NCBI GenBank assembly: GCA_038247415.1
Contig: JBBRUX010000004.1
Location: 61,657 to 125,656 of the forward strand
Direction: 5' to 3'
From: Chitinivibrionales bacterium
Lineage (GTDB): Bacteria > Fibrobacterota > Chitinivibrionia > Chitinivibrionales > WJKA01
Length of the DNA: 64,000 nt
Below are positions 39,074 to 49,428 of the stretch, one piece after another. The position numbers and the translations under genes were made by a program. The notes below the pieces were generated by a model. The model did not search any database. It worked only from the letters and a program-made list of their open reading frames with translations, and was not told the origin of the DNA. Every line of letters begins with the position of its first letter. Position 1 is the first letter of the stretch.

Positions 39074-40045
39074 TTAGAGACGCATTACAACGCTGCCAGC
39101 AACAATACCGCCACCCAAAGCGGTAAACACAACGACATCACCCGGTTTAGCGCGCCCTGCACTCATTGCTTCATCAAACGCTAAAGGAATTGAAGCCGAA
39201 GAAGTATTCCCATATTTTTGCAGATTGATCATAGCTTTCTCCAGCGGTAACCCTATTGCTTCAGCTATAGCTGAAATGATCCGAATATTGGCTTGATGCG
39301 GAACGAAAAGATTTATATCCTTTACAGTTAGCCCCGCTTTGGATAGAGCAATCTGTGTTGCCTCCGACATCATGCGAACGCCGTATTTAAAAACCTCTGA
39401 ACCATTCATATGCATGCATCGATTATCACCCCAGGAAGGTAATTTTAAAATTTCGCCCAGGGAACCATCGGACATAATATGTGATGACAAAATGCCACTT
39501 GCCGGAGAAGACCCAGACTCACCGGCTGCTGTTAATACAACGGCGCCTGCACCATCACCAAAGAGCACAGCTGTTGATCGATCGTTAAAATCGAGTGTTT
39601 TAGAAATAATTTCGGCACCAATAACAAGCATTTTCGAACATTGACCAGAAACAATCATCGAATGAGCAACGGTAAGCCCATAAACAAACCCAGCGCATGC
39701 AGCAGAAATATCAAATGCAAATGCATTGGTGCACCCGAGTAGATGCTGCATCTTGCATGCGGTTGAGGGGAAAAAATTATCGGGTGTAAATGTAGCACAA
39801 ATAATGCCGTTTATTTCGCTCGGAAGGATACCGGCTCTGTCAAGCGCAATGCGCGCTGCGTCTGCACCAATTTGGCTCGCTGTAGCATCACTACCGTGTG
39901 GAAACATCCGGCGACTCTTAATACCACTTCGTTTCGTGATCCATTCGTCGGAGGTATCTAAAATTTTTTCGAGGTCTGCGTTAGTCACAACATTTTGGGG
40001 GACTGAAGATCCAACGCCTACAATACGTGATGTTCTAAGTGCCAA
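39074..40045 (-). CDS. fabH: 3-oxoacyl-ACP synthase III
   Basis: AACAGF, LFGDGAGA, PHQAN and GNTSSAS motifs. Confidence 0.97.
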   Translation of the reverse strand: MALRTSRIVGVGSSVPQNVVTNADLEKILDTSDEWITKRSGIKSRRMFPHGSDATASQIGADAARIALDRAGILPSEINGIICATFTPDNFFPSTACKMQHLLGCTNAFAFDISAACAGFVYGLTVAHSMIVSGQCSKMLVIGAEIISKTLDFNDRSTAVLFGDGAGAVVLTAAGESGSSPASGILSSHIMSDGSLGEILKLPSWGDNRCMHMNGSEVFKYGVRMMSEATQIALSKAGLTVKDINLFVPHQANIRIISAIAEAIGLPLEKAMINLQKYGNTSSASIPLAFDEAMSAGRAKPGDVVVFTALGGGIVAGSVVMRL

Positions 40046-40047
40046 TC

Positions 40048-41064
40048 TTATATCTGCCTTTCGAGTTTATCTATGTTAGGTGGCAGTTTTGTGTCTTGGT
40101 ATCCTTTAGACCCTGAAATCGCAAGGTCGATTGCAGCTGCAATTGCCTGCGATGACGAGCTTCCGTGAGCTTTAAGAACAGTCCCCTTAATACCTAAAAA
40201 TGGAACAGCTCCGTACTTTTCTGCATTAAGAACCTCCAGAGCCTGGAAGAGCTTTTCTGGTTCCGCAATGTCTTGAGGAATTACCGATTTAATTAATCCA
40301 AAGATGCCTTCGGCGGCTTTTAAAAGTACGTTGCCGCAGAATCCATCGGTAACAACAATATCTACCGCTCCCGATAAAACTGACGAACCCTCGATAAAAC
40401 CAATATACCCAGGCACAGCAGCAGTTAACAATTCATGAGCTTCCCTTATTTCCTGGGGACCTTTAGAGGGCTCTGTACCAATATTTAAAAGACCGATTGT
40501 TGGAGCAGTATTGTTTTTAACAGACCTAACATATGCAGCACCAAGCTGCGCAAAAGTCACAAGATGCTCGGGGCGAGATGCTAGGTTAGCACCAACATCT
40601 ACTACTAAGGTTTGTTTTCCGGTTGCAGTTGGCAAAAATGCTGCCAATGCTGGCCGAGAAACAGATTCTAATTTCCCAAGGATAAAAAGAGCCGAAGCAA
40701 AAAGTGCTCCTGTTTCTCCACAACTAATCGAGGCATCTACGACACCCTCAGCCTGAAGCGCAATACACCGAACTAACGATGAGTTGGGCAATTCTTGCCA
40801 AATTTTGGCTTTAGAAACCGTTGCACTGAACGCTTGCGAACAATGCTCAATTGTGCAACAAGTGCGTATTGACTCTGTGGCTTTTAAATAAGCCAGCTCG
40901 TTGCGAATCTCCGAATCGCTGCCGCATAAATACGGAATAAAGAGATTGTTATTCCGCTGTAAAACCGAAAGTACCCCAGCAAGAATGGTTCTTAAGCCAT
41001 AATCACCACCCATGCAATCGACGGCTATACGTACCGGATGAGGATTATTCACCCGTTCCACCAT
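40048..41064 (-). CDS. plsX: Phosphate acyltransferase PlsX
   Basis: IAVDCMGGD, RPALA, DVGAN, LLNIGTE, VTDGFCGN and KAHGSS motifs; ATG overlaps the rpmF stop (TAATG). Confidence 0.93.
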   Translation of the reverse strand: MVERVNNPHPVRIAVDCMGGDYGLRTILAGVLSVLQRNNNLFIPYLCGSDSEIRNELAYLKATESIRTCCTIEHCSQAFSATVSKAKIWQELPNSSLVRCIALQAEGVVDASISCGETGALFASALFILGKLESVSRPALAAFLPTATGKQTLVVDVGANLASRPEHLVTFAQLGAAYVRSVKNNTAPTIGLLNIGTEPSKGPQEIREAHELLTAAVPGYIGFIEGSSVLSGAVDIVVTDGFCGNVLLKAAEGIFGLIKSVIPQDIAEPEKLFQALEVLNAEKYGAVPFLGIKGTVLKAHGSSSSQAIAAAIDLAISGSKGYQDTKLPPNIDKLERQI

Positions 41065-41243
41065 TACTCTTCGGGAGTTACAACTTCTACGCCTGCATAA
41101 AAGCCACATGTTGGACAAATACGATGTGGAACCATCGGCTTTTTGCAATGCGCGCAGAGCGAAAAGGCCTTCGGCTTAATTGCCAAATGCGATCGACGCT
41201 TATCACGACGTGTGGAGGATATTCTTCTTTTTGGAACTGCCAT
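41064..41243 (-). CDS. rpmF: 50S ribosomal protein L32 (zinc-ribbon form), missed by the ORF track
   Basis: Hand translation MAVPKRRISSTRRDKRRSHLAIKPKAFSLCAHCKKPMVPHRICPTCGFYAGVEVVTPEE (59 aa). Confidence 0.97.
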   Translation of the reverse strand: MAVPKRRISSTRRDKRRSHLAIKPKAFSLCAHCKKPMVPHRICPTCGFYAGVEVVTPEE

Positions 41244-41270
41244 ACATCACCCCTTCTTAGGTATATTGAA

Positions 41271-41816
41271 TCAATTACTAGAACTATTGCGCTGAGAATT
41301 CTTGACAAGCTTTTGTAAGGCTGCCCAGCGTGGATCTATTTCTGTTTTTTTTGTCCCATCATCAAGATCTTGCACAACATCGGTGGTCCCAGACTTCTTA
41401 GGAAGGTCTATTCCAGGACACTTCGCGCTACACAAAGGCTTCATGGGAAGCCAGATAATAATATCGTCGATAATTGCTGGTGTTACATCGATATCGAAAT
41501 GATCATCATCAAATAAAAATTCTGGATATTCATCATTAGCAAATTCGGTTACATTTCCTTGCGTTTTATCGGGAATTGAAAGATGCACTGTGCCATTGCA
41601 AGGAACTTGGGCATCTTCGAGGCATCTGCTGCAGGATTGAACCACATATCCTTCGTAGGTGCATTCGACAGAAAGCCCTTGATCGAATCGATCTATATGA
41701 GCATGCACTTTGATTTTCCCTGAAAACTCAATTCTCGCATCGGTTTGGGGACCAAACTCGATATCCGAATCTTGTTCTGAAGCTCCCTCTGCAATTTTTC
41801 GAATCGTAAGTATCAT
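41271..41816 (-). CDS. yceD: DUF177/YceD family protein
   Basis: CSRCL, LPMKPLC...CPG and DPRWAAL motifs; upstream of rpmF. Confidence 0.9.
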   Translation of the reverse strand: MILTIRKIAEGASEQDSDIEFGPQTDARIEFSGKIKVHAHIDRFDQGLSVECTYEGYVVQSCSRCLEDAQVPCNGTVHLSIPDKTQGNVTEFANDEYPEFLFDDDHFDIDVTPAIIDDIIIWLPMKPLCSAKCPGIDLPKKSGTTDVVQDLDDGTKKTEIDPRWAALQKLVKNSQRNSSSN

Positions 41817-41941
41817 GGTAACCTCTACAACCAAAGTGCCCACTGTTCCAAAGAACGGCTATAAAACTCTTAAAATACATTATACAGGGGTAATTAGTCA
41901 ATATCACCCCTCGCCAAAAGACTAAAACTTTCGATATACCC

Positions 41942-42601
41942 TTATTCTTGACTCTTACTGGCGAGTTCGGCAGAGGATTTTTGAAAGAGATTATATGCAT
42001 TTTGAGCTTTTTGGCGCAAAATTCGTTCGCGGAGCTGCTCTTGTGGAGCATCATCCGATCGATAATAGAGCACATAGTATTGCGAAGCTTCGATCAGAGA
42101 TGCAATTCCCATATCGATATTTTGCACACAATCAGCAAATTGGGGATCAAACGGTTTGCTTTTATCAAACGAAGCTTTAAGTTCGGCAATTTTTGATTTT
42201 GTAATTGCAGCTCTATTTTCGAGGCTTTCACGATCGGGTAAATCGAGCAAATTTACATTCGAAAGCGATGATGCCAACCCCGTGCTGGCTGAAATAAACC
42301 CATTTAAGCGAGCTGCGGATGACAGGATCACCTTGTTTTGCCGCAACGCTTCTTCTGAAGTTTTAACTTGCTCTTCTGCTTTTTCTTTTTCGAGCTCCAT
42401 CTGATGCAAGGTTGCAAGCTTCGCCTGATCGAGCCCCTCATTAACATATTGAACAATGGCGATAACCGTTCCTGCAAGCATTACGGTAGCAAGCAAATAT
42501 GAAACGGAAAGGCGTATCGGCCCATGGGCGTTGATTGCTATCATGTAACCCACAATAGTGAGACCGCACATTAATCCTAAGAGCAATATTTCGACATTCA
42601 T
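41942..42601 (-). CDS. Hypothetical membrane protein (2 TM plus helical domain)
   Basis: 219-aa ORF co-oriented between ssb and yceD. Confidence 0.7.
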   Translation of the reverse strand: MNVEILLLGLMCGLTIVGYMIAINAHGPIRLSVSYLLATVMLAGTVIAIVQYVNEGLDQAKLATLHQMELEKEKAEEQVKTSEEALRQNKVILSSAARLNGFISASTGLASSLSNVNLLDLPDRESLENRAAITKSKIAELKASFDKSKPFDPQFADCVQNIDMGIASLIEASQYYVLYYRSDDAPQEQLRERILRQKAQNAYNLFQKSSAELASKSQE

Positions 42602-42664
42602 GCAAATCCCACCATTTCTCTAAAAACAAAGCACAAAAAGAACCATTAGCTGCAATAATTTCTC

Positions 42665-43129
42665 TTAAAACGGCAAATCATCTTCGACCGGAAAGGAGTT
42701 CTGTTCTGCAACCGATGAACTGCGCGGAGGTGCCGAAGGAGCACTATATGGTTCGGATGGCAATGGAACAGAATCGGTGTCGTCGCCCCCTTGACCAGGG
42801 CCACCACCTAAAAATTGGATTGTTGAAGCATTAATTTCGGTTCGGTATTTTTTATTGCCATCTTTATCATCCCATGAACGGGTTTCAATGCGACCCTCGA
42901 TATAAGCAGGACGACCTTTACGCAGGTACTGATTCGCCAACTCCCCAAGCTTTCCCCAGGCAACAATATTATGCCATTCGGTTTTTTTCTGACGCTGACC
43001 AGATTTATCGGTGTATTGCTCTGTGGTAGCAAGTGAAAAAGTCGCAACGCCCTGGCCACTGGGAGTATACTTAAGCTCGGGATCTTTACCAAGGTTTCCT
43101 ATAAGAATTGCTTTATTAATTCCAGCCAT
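42665..43129 (-). CDS. ssb: Single-stranded DNA-binding protein
   Basis: NKAILIGNLGKDPE, TEWHNIV and acidic DDLPF tail. Confidence 0.98.
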   Translation of the reverse strand: MAGINKAILIGNLGKDPELKYTPSGQGVATFSLATTEQYTDKSGQRQKKTEWHNIVAWGKLGELANQYLRKGRPAYIEGRIETRSWDDKDGNKKYRTEINASTIQFLGGGPGQGGDDTDSVPLPSEPYSAPSAPPRSSSVAEQNSFPVEDDLPF

Positions 43130-43257
43130 ACCTATACCTTTCGTTAACTGTCACTGCAAACCAATAATAACTTTGTAATAAAATGTACTCATCGCAGGCA
43201 AAAAGCAAGAAGTTCATTTCTGAACAATACCAAATGGCAGCGAAAGAAACCTTTTGA

Positions 43258-43725
43258 CTAGTGTTGGCTCGATTCCATTGCTCCAGGAAGTGGCTGCAAA
43301 TCTTTATTTATGGTCAGCACAAGATGAGTTTTATCGGGAGATACAAGCATATATTGCCAGACCTCCATAAAGTTGATGCGAATTTGGCTGATTTTGCCAG
43401 AGAGCGCCCGATTGCTTGCAAGATTCTCCACGCGAATATCGCGAAAGACCCCATTTCCTTTAAGCGTAGAAAGCGAAGAGCTGATCGTGGCATCGAGAAA
43501 TTCGATTACCAATGTATTTTTTTTACGCTCAAAATAGGCCCATCGATTTGTTGGAACACTCGAAAACTCAAATTCGAGCTGATAGCTGAGGAGATGACCA
43601 ACTACCGAAGGTGTTTCGGCAGGGGTGGCCCGAATCAAACGACATGTGCTACCAGATGCTATTGAGCTAACCAGAGCCAAAATACATACAATTTTGATGA
43701 GAAGCCTTTTACTACGATGGTTCAT
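43258..43725 (-). CDS. Hypothetical exported protein, AMIN-domain-like
   Basis: Signal peptide followed by a beta-rich domain (LVIEFLDA...IRV...IRINF...LVLTI). Confidence 0.5.
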   Translation of the reverse strand: MNHRSKRLLIKIVCILALVSSIASGSTCRLIRATPAETPSVVGHLLSYQLEFEFSSVPTNRWAYFERKKNTLVIEFLDATISSSLSTLKGNGVFRDIRVENLASNRALSGKISQIRINFMEVWQYMLVSPDKTHLVLTINKDLQPLPGAMESSQH

Positions 43726-43917
43726 ACTTAAAACCTTTGAGAACATCCTACACAACAACCATAACCTTTGTATAAACATACTCTACCGCACAGATCCTCA
43801 ACACTATTACATTCTACCCTGCAATTGCAATCTCTTCAATCTCTTTTCCCAAAACACCATTGATGTATTTTGATAAAATTACCAATACTATGTCAACTCT
43901 CCCAAAAGCTTCTGCAC

Positions 43918-44748
43918 ATGAAAATAACCAGCGGAATCCTTAAAGAAAAAAAAATCGTGCATGAGCCAATTGTCATGCTCACGTGCTACGATTACCCCAC
44001 AGCCTGTATTATTGATAAATGCGGGATAGATGTAATCCTTGTTGGGGACAGTGTTGGCACGAATATTCTGGGGTATCCGGATATTAAACTTGTGACAATA
44101 AACGATATGGTCCACCATATTGGAGCCGTTTCCCGTGGAACTCGCACGTCATTTATTCTCGGCGATCTCCCTTTTTGCGCCTGCACAAATGTAGAAACCG
44201 TGCTAAATGCCGCCCACACATTCATTGCAGCAGGAGCAGATGGCGTTAAGCTCGAAGCAAGTGCCCATGCAGTAGAGCTTATTGCGGCACTTGCACACGA
44301 AAACATTGCAATATGTGGACACATTGGCTATACCCCGCAAACAAAAATTCGCGCAGAGGTTGTGGGTAAAGATCTCGAATCTGCCAAAGCTCTCATTTCC
44401 GAGGCAATCGAATTGGAGCGTGCTGGGGCATTCATGATTGTGCTCGAATTAATTCCAGCCGAACTAGCACACGCTATCAGTATGGCAGTTTCTATTCCAA
44501 CAATCGGGATTGGAGCTGGTGCCCAGTGCGATGGACAAGTGCAAGTTATTAATGACATTGCCGGCCTCTCTCAAAAAATTTACAAACACGCGTCTGCATT
44601 CGGTAACGTTGCGCACGAATATTCTCATGCTGCCACCGAATATGCACGCACCGTGCGCAATAAAACGTTTCCATCAAGCACTCATAGTGCGCATCTTTCA
44701 CAACCACTAGCTGCGGAGATTAAGTCATGGACCTTGGCATCGAATTAG
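43918..44748 (+). CDS. panB: 3-methyl-2-oxobutanoate hydroxymethyltransferase
   Basis: MLTCYD, ILVGDS, GDLPF, VKLE, GHIG and TIGIGAG..CDGQV motifs. Confidence 0.95.
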   Translation: MKITSGILKEKKIVHEPIVMLTCYDYPTACIIDKCGIDVILVGDSVGTNILGYPDIKLVTINDMVHHIGAVSRGTRTSFILGDLPFCACTNVETVLNAAHTFIAAGADGVKLEASAHAVELIAALAHENIAICGHIGYTPQTKIRAEVVGKDLESAKALISEAIELERAGAFMIVLELIPAELAHAISMAVSIPTIGIGAGAQCDGQVQVINDIAGLSQKIYKHASAFGNVAHEYSHAATEYARTVRNKTFPSSTHSAHLSQPLAAEIKSWTLASN

Positions 44749-45491
44749 CCCTTGCTCGTAGTGCAGCTCTTACATGCGGAGAAATTCAACGTTCCTTCTC
44801 ACATAAGCACAAACGCATCGAACAAAAACCCGACGCTTCTCCTGTTTCGGAAGTGGATACCGCCTGCGAAGAAGTCCTTCGAGAAGCACTTCTCAAATAT
44901 TTCCCTACCGATGGCTTTCTTGGCGAGGAAACCGGAGACCACCACGGAAGTTCTGGGAGGCGCTGGGTAGTAGATCCTATCGATGGCACACGCCCCTACT
45001 TACGCAATATCCCTACCTATGGCACGTTAATAGGTCTTGAAATAGACGAAGTTCCAGTACTGGGGATTATGCATTTGGTTGGGCTTGGGTTAACCTGTTA
45101 CGGAGCACTGGGCATGGGCGCATTTATCAATGATCAGCCCATTCATGTTTCCAGCGCGCCAACACTGAGTGTTGCTATGGGCAGTGGCCTTGGGTTTATC
45201 GAGAAAGCAGGAACAAGCGAGGCGGACAATCTTCTTACAGTTCTTGGCACGTGCGATTACGCGTATGGTTTTATGGATTCTTATTCATATGTTAAAATCT
45301 GCTGTGGCGACCTCGATGCATCTGTCAACTTATTGGATAAGCCCTGGGATTGTGCAGCGGCAGCAGCGATCATCACCGAAGCGGGCGGAAGCTATTCGGA
45401 TCGGGAAGGCAACAAATCGATTTACAATGGATCATTTGTGCTCTCCAATGGTCTTCTTCACTCAGAAATAATTACCTTACTCAATACCTAG
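44727..45491 (+). CDS. Inositol monophosphatase family protein (HisN-like)
   Basis: KPDASPVSEVD, GEE, WVVDPIDGT and PWDCAA motifs. Confidence 0.9.
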   Translation: MDLGIELALARSAALTCGEIQRSFSHKHKRIEQKPDASPVSEVDTACEEVLREALLKYFPTDGFLGEETGDHHGSSGRRWVVDPIDGTRPYLRNIPTYGTLIGLEIDEVPVLGIMHLVGLGLTCYGALGMGAFINDQPIHVSSAPTLSVAMGSGLGFIEKAGTSEADNLLTVLGTCDYAYGFMDSYSYVKICCGDLDASVNLLDKPWDCAAAAAIITEAGGSYSDREGNKSIYNGSFVLSNGLLHSEIITLLNT

Positions 45492-45505
45492 AAAGCGGGG
45501 ATTCT

Positions 45506-46465
45506 GTGGCAGATACCGAACAAAAGCGACGATCCGAATCTGCGGGCCTTTTTCATTTTGGCAAGGAGATGGTCTCGGCACTGCTCATGGCCCTTATCGC
45601 CATTTTTTATGTGATCCAGGCATTTCGTATTCCAACTGGCTCTATGGAAAAAAGCCTGATGGTTGGCGATTTCCTATTGGGGCTAAAATTTATTTATGGG
45701 GCACCTATTCTCCCAACGCTGTATCAGAAATTGCCCGCGATAACCGATCCAAAACCGGGCGACGTCATAATCTTTAAATATCCCGGTACCGACCATAAAG
45801 ATTATATCAAGCGGTGTGTTGCAGGACCTGGACAAACCATAAAAATCGATCAGACTCGTATTTTTGTCGATAATAAGGAACTGGCATTGCCGCCGCATGG
45901 TCAATATATCCGCAATGGCATTGGCATGTTTGATAATATCACTCATTTTGCAGCACTGCGCATTCCAAAAAAAGGCGATAGTATTCAACCTGACAGTCTT
46001 GCTGTACGGGAATTCCACTTTCTTAAAATGCTCATTCACCAAGAAAATCCCCATGCCAAGGTTTCTGCAAGCTACCAAGTTTATGTCGATGGGATTTTTG
46101 CAAATAATTATGAATGGGCAGGCGTTGACGACTGGACCAACATCGATCAACGGCTTATCTATATCAAAGAAAGAATTCTTGAACAATACCCCGGCAAGCA
46201 GATTGATTTTAAGCAGATTCTCATGTTCAACGGAAAGCGTGTTACCTCATATACTGTCAAGTTCGACAATTATTTCATGATGGGTGACAACCGCGACAAC
46301 TCAACCGACTCACGATTCTGGGGCTATTTAAACAGAAATTTTATCAAAGCCAAGGCATTTATTCTTTATTTCTCGCTTGATAACGATGTTCCGATGTGGC
46401 AACTTCCGCTCAAAATTCGCTGGAACCGCATTGGCAAACTTATCAAATCGTGGGATGGACGCTAA
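45506..46465 (+). CDS. lepB: Signal peptidase I
   Basis: IPTGSME (Ser), YIKRC (Lys) and MGDNRDNSTDSRFWG; GTG start inferred. Confidence 0.94.
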   Translation: MADTEQKRRSESAGLFHFGKEMVSALLMALIAIFYVIQAFRIPTGSMEKSLMVGDFLLGLKFIYGAPILPTLYQKLPAITDPKPGDVIIFKYPGTDHKDYIKRCVAGPGQTIKIDQTRIFVDNKELALPPHGQYIRNGIGMFDNITHFAALRIPKKGDSIQPDSLAVREFHFLKMLIHQENPHAKVSASYQVYVDGIFANNYEWAGVDDWTNIDQRLIYIKERILEQYPGKQIDFKQILMFNGKRVTSYTVKFDNYFMMGDNRDNSTDSRFWGYLNRNFIKAKAFILYFSLDNDVPMWQLPLKIRWNRIGKLIKSWDGR

Positions 46466-47660
46466 CCCAAATATCCACGCACGGGTAGTTCTGCATGTCG
46501 ATATGGATGCATTCTTTGCATCTATAGAACAGCGGGACAACCCAGTGCTTTTGGGTAAACCTGTTATCGTGGGTGGAGACCCAACCTCTCGGGGTGTGGT
46601 GAGTGCTGCAAGTTACGAAGCCCGCCGTTTTGGTGTTCATTCTGCAATGCCCACGCGCGAAGCCTACAAACGATGCCCTCATGGCGCATTTATCAAACCT
46701 CGCATGAAAGTTTACCAAGCAGAATCTGAGCATCTCATGCAGATTCTGCAAACGTTTTCGCCAAGCATAGAACCAATTTCTGTTGACGAAGCGTTTGTTG
46801 ATCTCACCGGGTCAGCCCGATTACTCGGGTCTCCTGTTGAGGTTGCCAAAGCCATTGCACATGCAATCACGGCTCAAATGCATTTGACTGCATCTATTGG
46901 CATAGCCCCAAATAAATTTTTAGCCAAAATTGCTTCCGATTGTAACAAACCCAATGGAATTACCCTCGTTCCATTTACACAAAAAGAAATTATAGCATGG
47001 CTTGCACCGCTTCCCATTGGACGGATTTGGGGAGTAGGCGATGTTACCGAAAAAAAACTCCGGATCACCGGCATCCAAACCATTGGAGATTTACAACACG
47101 CAACCGACCTCTTTTTGGAACAAAAATTTGGTTCGTCTGCACAGCGGTTTCGCTCTCTCTCCTGTGGTATCGACGCACGGCCTCTTAACGAGCCTCATGC
47201 GCGCGGATCGATTTCAAAAGAACATACCTTTTCAACCGACTGCGCCAATGTAAACGAGCTTCGCAAAACGCTTCTGATGTGCGCAACAGCAGTAGCAGCC
47301 GAAGCGAGAGCTAAAAATCTGGCAGGACGAACTGTCGTATTTACGTATCGATTAAGTAACTTCACCAGACATTCGCGCCGATGCACACTGAGCTCTGCTG
47401 CCCTAACAGCCAACCAGATATATCAAATCGGATGCGAGCTCTTAGAAAAACATATTCGACCTGGGACGTTAATTCGTCTTGCCGGATTAGGTATCAGTAA
47501 TTTAGAATCATTGATACAGCAAGATCTGTTTAATGCAGCTCCGCAGCGAGCATGGGCAAAATCCGAGAAAGCATCAGATGCACTTGCTGCCAAATTTGGC
47601 AAAAAACTTATTCATCGTGGCACCGAAATAGCTCATCCACCAAGGAGCATGCATGATTAG
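46455..47660 (+). CDS. dinB: DNA polymerase IV (catalytically intact Y-family)
   Basis: HVDMDAFFAS, ASYEAR, SVDEAF and NKFLAKIAS motifs; QQDLF clamp motif. Confidence 0.95.
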   Translation: MDANPNIHARVVLHVDMDAFFASIEQRDNPVLLGKPVIVGGDPTSRGVVSAASYEARRFGVHSAMPTREAYKRCPHGAFIKPRMKVYQAESEHLMQILQTFSPSIEPISVDEAFVDLTGSARLLGSPVEVAKAIAHAITAQMHLTASIGIAPNKFLAKIASDCNKPNGITLVPFTQKEIIAWLAPLPIGRIWGVGDVTEKKLRITGIQTIGDLQHATDLFLEQKFGSSAQRFRSLSCGIDARPLNEPHARGSISKEHTFSTDCANVNELRKTLLMCATAVAAEARAKNLAGRTVVFTYRLSNFTRHSRRCTLSSAALTANQIYQIGCELLEKHIRPGTLIRLAGLGISNLESLIQQDLFNAAPQRAWAKSEKASDALAAKFGKKLIHRGTEIAHPPRSMHD

Positions 47661-48411
47661 TGTTATTGTCTGTTCGCGCAGAGAACCAGCATGGGATTTA
47701 CACGAGAGAAATATTGCAGCAACAATTGGCGTCGACTACGAATACATTCGCATAGAAAACACAACTTCACCTCGTGGCATTTGCGCGGTGTATAACGAAG
47801 GCGCTCAAAAAGCGAGGTACGAGTGCGTTGTATTTGTACATGAGGATGTCTTTTTTATGGAGCAAGGATGGGGAAAAGTTCTCCTTGGAAAATTTACAAA
47901 CGCTCACATTGGGCTTGTGGGTGTTGCAGGAACAGAGGTGCTGTATGGGTCGGATCTGCGGTGGCATATCGCTGGCCAGCCACATATCAAAGGGCGACTC
48001 GTGCACGAAATACCCACCCACTCTCTCTTTGTGCTGACTGTTTACTCGTGGGATAAAACCGACGCAGAGGTTGTGGTTGCGGACGGTCTTTTTCTTGCCA
48101 TGCGAAAATCACTTTTTTCTACCATTCGTTTCGATGATGCAACCTTCAAGGCTTTTCATTTTTACGATTTTGACATTTGTATGCAAGTGCGCACATCGCA
48201 TAGCTGTATTGTAACCTGGGATATTCTTGTCAAGCATTTTTCGGGCGGAAAGAACGATCCTACCTGGCATGATGCTGCTGCCCTTTTTAAAGAAAAATAC
48301 GCAGGTGAATTACCGGCGCTTACACCGGGGATATCTCTACCCAAAAGTTTTGGCCCCCCAGCACAAAACTTCGATTTGTCTGGTAAAGCTCAACCAGGAA
48401 TACTCATATGA
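47653..48411 (+). CDS. Glycosyltransferase-like protein (Glyco_tranf_2_5-like), paralog A
   Basis: MISVIVCSR, YNEG, FVHEDV, GVAG, DGLF, FHFYDFDIC and HFSGG motifs. Confidence 0.85.
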   Translation: MISVIVCSRREPAWDLHERNIAATIGVDYEYIRIENTTSPRGICAVYNEGAQKARYECVVFVHEDVFFMEQGWGKVLLGKFTNAHIGLVGVAGTEVLYGSDLRWHIAGQPHIKGRLVHEIPTHSLFVLTVYSWDKTDAEVVVADGLFLAMRKSLFSTIRFDDATFKAFHFYDFDICMQVRTSHSCIVTWDILVKHFSGGKNDPTWHDAAALFKEKYAGELPALTPGISLPKSFGPPAQNFDLSGKAQPGILI

Positions 48412-49169
48412 TTAGTGTAATAGTTTGCTCGCGCACTCCCCGAAAAGAATCCGAAACGCTTCATATGAAGATGATTAAAGCCACCATTGGCGTTGCCCAC
48501 GAATATATCTGTATTGACAACAGCAAAAGCACTTACTCCCTCTGCAGCGCCTACAATGCAGGTGTTAATGCAAGTACGGGAGACCTATGCCTTTTCTTGC
48601 ACGATGATGTGTTCTGCATGGAGCAAGGATTTGGAAAGATTCTCGAAAAGAAATTTTTAGATAACCACAATCTTGGCTGCGTAGGCCTAGCAGGAACAAA
48701 CTATCTGCCCGCGCATACAGCAAGTTGGGTGACTGCGGGAAGACCGTTTATAGCGGGTGCGATACTTCACGAACTGGATAGCAAACAAATCCTTACGGTA
48801 TACTCCGATGTGCAAACAGATGTGCCTGCTGTAGTTGTAGACGGGCTCTTCTTTGCAATTCCTAAAAAACTCTTTGAAACAATCCGCTTCGACGAGATTA
48901 CCTTTAATGGATTTCATGGCTATGATCTTGACATATGCATGCAGATTCGCAAGACACATGCTATCATCGTTACGCGAGATATTTTAGTAAAACACAAATC
49001 GGGCGGCACGTATTCCAGTGCGTTCGAAACCTACCAAGTACGCTTTCTTGCCAAATATGCGCAAGAATTACCAGCATCCTGCACCACCGAAACACCCAAT
49101 CCCGCCACTAGGATAGGATTCAAAAGTTTTGATATTACCGATAGGTTGCCTAAGAATATGCCTTGGTGA
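48408..49169 (+). CDS. Glycosyltransferase-like protein (Glyco_tranf_2_5-like), paralog B
   Basis: Same motifs as paralog A (MISVIVCSR, FLHDDV, VDGLF, FHGYDLDIC, HKSGG); ATGA overlap. Confidence 0.85.
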   Translation: MISVIVCSRTPRKESETLHMKMIKATIGVAHEYICIDNSKSTYSLCSAYNAGVNASTGDLCLFLHDDVFCMEQGFGKILEKKFLDNHNLGCVGLAGTNYLPAHTASWVTAGRPFIAGAILHELDSKQILTVYSDVQTDVPAVVVDGLFFAIPKKLFETIRFDEITFNGFHGYDLDICMQIRKTHAIIVTRDILVKHKSGGTYSSAFETYQVRFLAKYAQELPASCTTETPNPATRIGFKSFDITDRLPKNMPW

Positions 49170-49303
49170 GAATAATGGTATGGTTAGTTATTTCAGTTTG
49201 AGCTTACCTCAATCCTAACCGCGAATGCTGAGATTCTTAACTATCGTGGAGCTCAAACAGAGAGAACGCTTGCGAGGTTATCGAGGATACCATAAAAAGG
49301 ATT

Positions 49304-49416
49304 TCAGGGGATTAGATTCTTTATGGTTCTCAATTCATCAAGAAGTGATTCTATCTCAGGGATCAATGGCGGAATGGCTTCCTTTACCGTCTCCATACAC
49401 GCATGTAATCAACACC
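49304..49416 (-). pseudogene. 3' remnant of a DUF86/HepT-like HEPN gene, frameshifted
   Basis: GVDYMRVW then, after a -1 shift, ETVKEAIPPLIPEIESLLDEL..., the typical DUF86 C-terminus. Confidence 0.7.
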
Positions 49417-49428
49417 TTTGCCACCAAG

